Shown here: positions 58,906 through 64,000 of the stretch, in pieces | How positions within the stretch are numbered: the first letter of the stretch is position 1 | Layout: every line of letters starts with the position of its first letter | Origin: Pseudomonadota bacterium | GTDB taxonomy: Bacteria; Desulfobacterota; Desulfobacteria; Desulfobacterales; JBDRRP01 | Direction: 5' to 3' | NCBI GenBank assembly: GCA_043825735.1 | Contig: JBDRRP010000107.1 | Span: 186,001-250,000 of the forward strand | Length of the DNA stretch: 64,000 nt | Program-made: the position numbers and the translations under genes | The notes under the pieces: generated by a model | Databases searched by the model: none | What the model was told of the DNA's origin: nothing | Seen by the model: the letters and a program-made list of their open reading frames with translations, nothing else

Positions 58906-59787
58906 ATGACAGACAACGCGATCGCCGCAGAGCCGCTCAAATCCAAGTGCATCGTCATGCCGTTGCGCCCGGAAGCAGGGCAGTCCTTCAGCGGCGTGGG
59001 CATGGGGCTTCATTTCATGCTGGGCAACATCATCGTCCTTCACAGTGGGTTTGAGGAGATGTGGTTCGGTTGGCGATACAAGAAGGTTTTTCCGGACGTG
59101 GGCGTCTTTTCCGATTATGTCCACCGGCCCGATGCACCGCTTGATATCGTCGCAACGGGAAAGACCCAGAAGGTCCGCTATTGGATCGAAGGCTGGTACC
59201 GCATTACCGGCGATGTCGTCAGCACGCGTCTGATCTTCACCGATGCCGAAACCGGTAGACGCATCGGAGATGACCGCCTCACGGCGGATCCGACGGACCA
59301 GTACATCGGCTACCGGGTGGATGTCATGAACTGGATGGCCTCCTGCGGCCTGGCGTTTCCCGATGTCCAGGCGGCGCGGGTCCTCTGGTCGGAAGAACTG
59401 CCACTGCCGGCGCTGGAAGTTTTTGGCCGGGGTCTTGAGGCCTATTATATTCACACCGGGTTCGGCGGTATCGGGCCCGTGGACCTCTCACTGCTGGACC
59501 GAGCCGTTGCGCAGGCGCCCCATGCCTACCTGCCCCAGGACATGAGGGGTTGGGTGCTTTATAAGAACCAGGACTACCCCGCAGCCGCGGCGGCGTTTCG
59601 CGCCGCAGTGGACATCAATCCCCACGGGGCCGGGGCGATGGCCGGTCTCATGTGGCTGGGCGTTGTGGCCGGCAATGCACGGGAGGCGTATGCCTGGGCC
59701 GAAGCCAAGGCCGAAGCCTGCGGGACATCCATACAGGACGCCCGGGAGAAGACCACCCGGTTGTTGAAGAAGCAGGCCGGTAAGTGA
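58906..59787 (+). CDS. Hypothetical protein with C-terminal TPR-like helices
   Basis: AAGGAG RBS before ATG 58906; RGWVLYKNQDYPAAAAAFRAAVDINP. Confidence 0.7.
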   Translation: MTDNAIAAEPLKSKCIVMPLRPEAGQSFSGVGMGLHFMLGNIIVLHSGFEEMWFGWRYKKVFPDVGVFSDYVHRPDAPLDIVATGKTQKVRYWIEGWYRITGDVVSTRLIFTDAETGRRIGDDRLTADPTDQYIGYRVDVMNWMASCGLAFPDVQAARVLWSEELPLPALEVFGRGLEAYYIHTGFGGIGPVDLSLLDRAVAQAPHAYLPQDMRGWVLYKNQDYPAAAAAFRAAVDINPHGAGAMAGLMWLGVVAGNAREAYAWAEAKAEACGTSIQDAREKTTRLLKKQAGK

Positions 59788-59834
59788 ACGCCGATAAAAG
59801 CCGGAATCTCCCGCAAAGCCGCCGTTCGTTTTTT

Positions 59835-59876
59835 CATTCATCATTCGACGTTGGATGTTCGATGTTCGACGTTCGC
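59835..59876. repeat. Heptamer tandem repeat (YRTTCGA-like x6)
   Basis: cattcat cattcga cgttgga tgttcga tgttcga cgttcgc. Confidence 0.75.
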
Positions 59877-59984
59877 TTTTCTCGGCGTACTTGGCGTCTT
59901 TGAGAGAGAATTGCTTTTCCACGCCTCTGCGGCGCTCCGCCCGCATCTGGACTTCCACCGCATTTCCAGTGGAATCATGGTGCC

Positions 59985-60005
59985 TGTTAACCTGTAAAGT
60001 TAACA
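59985..60005. promoter_or_regulatory. Palindrome, candidate enhancer (UAS) for a sigma54 activator
   Basis: TGTTAAC-N7-GTTAACA, about 105 bp upstream of the -24/-12 element. Confidence 0.55.
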
Positions 60006-60110
60006 CCTGTTAGCGCTTTCCCTTCGCAGTCCCTGCCACCATTGGCGCAAAAAAATTAAATATACAGTTATTATAGCCTGTTGTATGATTGCACCATCCG
60101 GCAGTGCCTA

Positions 60111-60126
60111 TGGCACGTCCTTTGCT
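60111..60126 (+). promoter_or_regulatory. Sigma54 (-24/-12) promoter
   Basis: TGGCAC-GTCCT-TTGCT matches TGGCAC-N5-TTGCW exactly; AT-rich tract upstream. Confidence 0.8.
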
Positions 60127-60244
60127 TTATATAGCGCAATGCATCATCCCTGTCGCCGACTCTCTGGCAAGATCGACGGCTGAAATGGCGGATGTGTATT
60201 AAAGCCGGGTAGTTAAACACTTTACTGCACCAACGGAGGGTACC

Positions 60245-60589
60245 ATGATCAGAAAAACGTTTGCGCTGCTGTTAGCCGTCCTGTTAACCGCAGCATGGGC
60301 CGGGCCCGCCCTGTCCATGGAACTCGGAAACAAGAGGAAGGGAAAGTACACCTATCGCAAGGTCTATCAGGCCTGCTTCGACCGGGGAGCGGTGGATTCA
60401 AAGACGCCGTTTCTCAGCCCTGCCGACAAGACCATGGCCGAATGGGAAACCATTTACACCGGCAAGGACTATTCCATGTTCAAGTGTGCCGATGAATGGA
60501 AGGCGCTCAGCGATGAAGATGTTCTGGACATTTTCAGCTATCTGTATTCCTTCGGATCCGATTCGCCCACGCCGGCCAAATGCAAGTAG
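60245..60589 (+). CDS. Small secreted cytochrome-c-like protein lacking CxxCH
   Basis: Signal peptide, GNKRKGKYTYRK start typical of class I cytochrome c, YQACF at the heme-motif position, LSDEDVLDIFSYL end; GGAGG RBS. Confidence 0.65.
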   Translation: MIRKTFALLLAVLLTAAWAGPALSMELGNKRKGKYTYRKVYQACFDRGAVDSKTPFLSPADKTMAEWETIYTGKDYSMFKCADEWKALSDEDVLDIFSYLYSFGSDSPTPAKCK

Positions 60590-60734
60590 TGTCCGTCCAT
60601 AAGCGGCATCTTTTGGCCCCTGGCGGCGTACTCGCACCTTTTGTCATCCTCAACGTAGCTGCCGCTACGCCTGCGGTGCCAAAAGTGCTCGGGCCTTGCC
60701 AGGAACCAAAACCTACCGCTTCTGAACGGACACT
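60588..60734. mobile_element. MITE-like long palindromic element (about 147 bp)
   Basis: Terminal inverted repeats AGTGTCCGT/ACGGACACT with nested pairings (AAGCGG/CCGCTT, TTTTGG/CCAAAA, CCTGGC/GCCAGG, CTTTTG/CAAAAG, CGTAGC/GCTACG). Confidence 0.65.
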
Positions 60735-60789
60735 TTTCCATAAGCGGCATCTTTTGTCACAGAATGGAACCACTTTTAAGGAGAAATTT

Positions 60790-61881
60790 ATGAGACTGCA
60801 TAAGCTTTACACCCTGGTCGCGATGACTGTACTGCTCGCGGTCGCCGGCACCCTGTACGCCGCAGATGGTGTTGAAAACCCCTTTCACAGCATCGTCGAC
60901 GCCGCGTTTGTCAAGCAGCACGTCACGATTCCCATGGACGAAGCGGTTATGATCATTGATTCTCGGCCCAAACGTGCCCAGTACAACAAAGGGCACATCC
61001 CCATGGCCGTCAGCATTCCCGACTCCGAATTTGACAAGCTCATTGACAAATTGCCCGCGAGCAAGGACGCTCTGCTGATTTTCTACTGCGGCGGCCTGAA
61101 GTGCCCCCTCAGCCATAAGTCGGCCTGGAAGGCCGAAAAACTCGGCTACAAGAACGTCAAGGTTTTCGCCGAAGGCTTCCCCGGATGGACAAAGGTCGCG
61201 GGCAACTATTCCGATGTTTCGGTGGAATGGGTCAAAAGCCAGATCGACGGTGCCGCGGATCTGATTCTGGTCGACTCCCGGCCCAGGCGCCCAATGTACG
61301 AAAAGGGCCACATCCCCACGGCCATCAGCATTCCCACCTCCGAGTTCGACAAACACCTGACCGAGCTGCCCGCCGACAAGGCCAAAACCCTGGTATTCTA
61401 CTGCGGCGGCTTTAAATGCCCCTTGAGCCACAAAGCGGCAGAAAAAGCCCTGGCCCTGGGCTACACGGACGTCAAGGTGTTTTCCGCCGGCTATCCGGCC
61501 TGGAAGGAAGCTTACGGCGACGCACCCGCGGGTTCTGCCATCAAGGCCGGGGGAGAGGAAGGCAGCATCGACATCGAGCAGTTCAAGGACCTTTTGGCCA
61601 ATAAACCCGAAAGCATCCTGCTCATCGATGTCCGGGATCCCGGTGAATACGCGGCCGGCCATTTCAAGACAGCGGTCAACATGCCCACGGACACCCTCGA
61701 AGCCAAGATCCCCACCCTGCCTTCCGACAAGCCCATCGTTTTCGTATGCAGCACGGGCGCCCGCAGCGGTGAGGGCTACTACATGCTCAAGGACCTCAGG
61801 CCGGAGTTGAAAACGGTTTACTATCTGGATGCCGAAGTCGATATCAAAAAGGACGGCGCCTTCACTATCGTTAAGCACTGA
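60790..61881 (+). CDS. Periplasmic triple-rhodanese-domain sulfurtransferase
   Basis: Signal peptide; IDSRP..GHIP..FYCGGLKC, VDSRP..GHIP..FYCGGFKC, IDVR..GHF..FVCSTGARS. Confidence 0.88.
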   Translation: MRLHKLYTLVAMTVLLAVAGTLYAADGVENPFHSIVDAAFVKQHVTIPMDEAVMIIDSRPKRAQYNKGHIPMAVSIPDSEFDKLIDKLPASKDALLIFYCGGLKCPLSHKSAWKAEKLGYKNVKVFAEGFPGWTKVAGNYSDVSVEWVKSQIDGAADLILVDSRPRRPMYEKGHIPTAISIPTSEFDKHLTELPADKAKTLVFYCGGFKCPLSHKAAEKALALGYTDVKVFSAGYPAWKEAYGDAPAGSAIKAGGEEGSIDIEQFKDLLANKPESILLIDVRDPGEYAAGHFKTAVNMPTDTLEAKIPTLPSDKPIVFVCSTGARSGEGYYMLKDLRPELKTVYYLDAEVDIKKDGAFTIVKH

Positions 61882-62003
61882 TACCGGATCGATATCGGTT
61901 TCGAGACGCTGCCGTTGGCCGCCACCGGAGAAACCTTGCGGTGGCGGTCCGCAGCGGCAGACCATCTGGGATTGCCGCTACGATGGAGGGACAAATCATC
62001 ATC

Positions 62004-63647
62004 ATGAATACCCATATGCGCATCAGATATCCCGTACTTCTCGTCCTGCCCGTCTTGATCGTTCTCGGGTGCTGTCTGTTTCAGCCCGCCGCTGATGCCA
62101 GCGACGAGGAGCAGGCCCCGGGACGCACCATGGCTCAGCAGGCCGTCAAGGAAGTCAAACACTGGAATACGACGAACCATGCCAAGCACACCGCGCTTCA
62201 GCAGGATTTCAAGAGCGGGGCGGAAGTCACCGCGGCCTGCCTGAGCTGTCATTCGGAGGCGGCCGACCAGTTCCATAAGACGATTCACTGGACATGGCTG
62301 GTATCAGCGGAGGGCCGCAAATACGGCAAAGCCGGCAATTCCGTCAACAATTTCTGCATTTCGGCCAACGCCGGCGCCGACAAAGGCTGCTATTCATGCC
62401 ACCCGGGCTGGGGCAACGACACCACCGGTGGCATCAACTGCCTCAACTGCCACAGCAGCAAAGCCATGAACTGGGAGGAGGCCTTCACCGACATCAACGC
62501 CTTCTTGAAGGAGGCAGACCCCGAATCGCATGATCTCGCCAAAGAGCTCATCGCCGAAGTCCAGGCCTCCGCCCAGGCGGTGACCCTGCCTGCCCGCCAG
62601 AACTGCGGCGAGTGCCACTTCAAGGGTGGCGGTGGTGACGGCGTCAAGCACGGGGATCTCGACACCTCGCTGGTCAAACCGAGCAAGGCGCTGGATGTGC
62701 ACATGAGTGCCGAGGGGCAGAATTTCACCTGCGTCCGATGCCACACCACCTCGCTGCACAACATCTCCGGGCGGATTTACACCAACCCGGCGTTCAAGGA
62801 CAGAAAGAGCCTCATCGAAGATGATCTGGCTCCGAAGATCACCTGTGAGTCCTGTCACAGCGCCACTCCGCACAAGGCCAATTCCAAGGCCAACGACCAC
62901 ACGGATCGGGTCGCCTGCCAGAGCTGCCATATCCCCGCCTTTGCCAGAGAGCTGCCCACAAAGATGTCCTGGGATTGGGAAAAGTCGGGGAAACTCGAAA
63001 ACGGCAAGAAGGTCAAGCACAAAGGCGCCTTCGGCAAGGAAGACTATCTGACCATCAAGGGGGAGATGCGGTGGGAAAAAGACGTGACACCGGAATACTT
63101 CTGGTTCAACGGCGCCATCCGATCCACCACCGTCGCCGATACCATCGACCCCAGCGGTGTGGTTAAAGTCTCATGGCCCGATGGAGATCGCAGTGACCCG
63201 AACGCGCGGATCTTTCCCTTCAAAGTGCACCAGGGCAACCAGCCCTACGACAAGGTCAACAAGACCCTGTTGGCGCCGCTGCTGAGCGGTAAGGACGGCT
63301 ACTGGAACACGCTCGATTGGTCCGATGCCCTGGGGCGCGGGCAAAATGCTCTGGGGCTGCCTTTCTCCGGAGATTTCGGATTCGTGAAAACGACCTACGT
63401 ATTTCCCACCACCCACATGGTGGCGCCCAAAGAAAACGTCGTTGCCTGCACCGAGTGCCACACCCGCCAGGGGAGCCGGCTGGTGAACCTGGCTGGTTTT
63501 TACATGCCGGCACGCGATCGCTGGAATGCACTGGACGCCATTGGCTGGGTGGCCGTGCTGGGCGCACTGGTGGGCGTGACCCTCCATGGGCTTGGCCGCG
63601 TGTTCACCCGCTCGGCGAACGGCCACGGCCGCCGGAAGGAGGACTGA
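62004..63647 (+). CDS. Octaheme c-type cytochrome, tetrathionate reductase (OTR) family
   Basis: Eight CxxCH (CLSCH, CYSCH, CLNCH, CGECH, CVRCH, CESCH, CQSCH, CTECH), NNFC, GGGGDGVKHGDLD, C-terminal TM; start uncertain. Confidence 0.9.
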   Translation: MNTHMRIRYPVLLVLPVLIVLGCCLFQPAADASDEEQAPGRTMAQQAVKEVKHWNTTNHAKHTALQQDFKSGAEVTAACLSCHSEAADQFHKTIHWTWLVSAEGRKYGKAGNSVNNFCISANAGADKGCYSCHPGWGNDTTGGINCLNCHSSKAMNWEEAFTDINAFLKEADPESHDLAKELIAEVQASAQAVTLPARQNCGECHFKGGGGDGVKHGDLDTSLVKPSKALDVHMSAEGQNFTCVRCHTTSLHNISGRIYTNPAFKDRKSLIEDDLAPKITCESCHSATPHKANSKANDHTDRVACQSCHIPAFARELPTKMSWDWEKSGKLENGKKVKHKGAFGKEDYLTIKGEMRWEKDVTPEYFWFNGAIRSTTVADTIDPSGVVKVSWPDGDRSDPNARIFPFKVHQGNQPYDKVNKTLLAPLLSGKDGYWNTLDWSDALGRGQNALGLPFSGDFGFVKTTYVFPTTHMVAPKENVVACTECHTRQGSRLVNLAGFYMPARDRWNALDAIGWVAVLGALVGVTLHGLGRVFTRSANGHGRRKED

Positions 63648-63650
63648 CCC

Positions 63651-64000
63651 ATGAGCAAAGAAATGATCAATGTTTATCTGTACACCCGCTACGAACGGCT
63701 TTGGCACTGGCTGCAGGCCGCGTTCATCATCATCCTTCTGGTTACCGGATTCGAGGTGCACGGGACATTCAGTCTGCTGGGGTTCCAGAGGGCCGTCACC
63801 GTTCACAATGCCGTTGGACTGACCTGGCTGGTGTCCTTCTTTTTCTTCGTGTTCTGGCTGTTCACCACCGGTGAGTGGAAACAGTACATCCCCACGACCA
63901 AAAAAATGATTTCGGTCATCCGCTATTACGCCTACGGCATTTTCCGGGGAGAGGACCATCCGGTGCCCAAGCGAAAGGACGCCAAGCACAACCCGCTGCA
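63651..64000 (+). CDS. Cytochrome b/b6-domain membrane subunit (truncated by window end)
   Basis: MSKEMINVYLYTRYERLWHWLQA...TGFEVHG...VHNAVG...KHNPL; AGGAGG RBS. Confidence 0.85.
   Translation, partial: MSKEMINVYLYTRYERLWHWLQAAFIIILLVTGFEVHGTFSLLGFQRAVTVHNAVGLTWLVSFFFFVFWLFTTGEWKQYIPTTKKMISVIRYYAYGIFRGEDHPVPKRKDAKHNPL

Noticed and set aside
60580..60789. N-terminal extension of the rhodanese ORF
   Set aside because: It is translation of the palindromic element; signal peptide and RBS indicate ATG 60790

Overview
GC-rich bacterial chromosome segment. Gene content (exosortase locus, octaheme cytochrome, characteristic palindromic and heptamer intergenic repeats) suggests an anaerobic deltaproteobacterium such as Desulfobacterales; this is inference. 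Five blocks: (1) 0.3-3.9 kb, tail of a TonB / putative porin / coiled-coil operon. (2) 3.9-11.4 kb, three GT-C-fold membrane glycosyltransferases (one TMTC-like, two with TPR arrays) plus a GT2-GtrA fusion. (3) 11.7-45.3 kb, a large exosortase/exopolysaccharide locus: two VPLPA-CTERM proteins, a subtilase-like surface protein, galE, FrhB-like Fe-S protein, Wzx, pyruvyltransferase-like, beta-helix protein, Wzy, acyltransferase, two GT4, radical SAM, exosortase-EpsI, WecA-like, two TPR lipoproteins, Wza fusion, beta-barrel, Wzc pair, a lone GspE-type ATPase and a membrane protein with a RelE-like tail. (4) 45.7-58.6 kb, a phosphorus block bracketed by an intact arsC and an arsC pseudogene: ppx, HhH/Lys-rich protein, and a 2-aminoethylphosphonate operon (LysR, ABC transporter, phnX, pbfA, phnW) ending in an unexplained saccharopine-dehydrogenase-family gene. 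(5) 60.1-64 kb, a sigma54-type operon with a cytochrome-c-like protein lacking CxxCH, a triple rhodanese, an octaheme tetrathionate-reductase-family cytochrome and a truncated cytochrome b. No rRNA, tRNA, CRISPR array or transposase was recognised. All product calls come from motif recognition by eye, not database searches.
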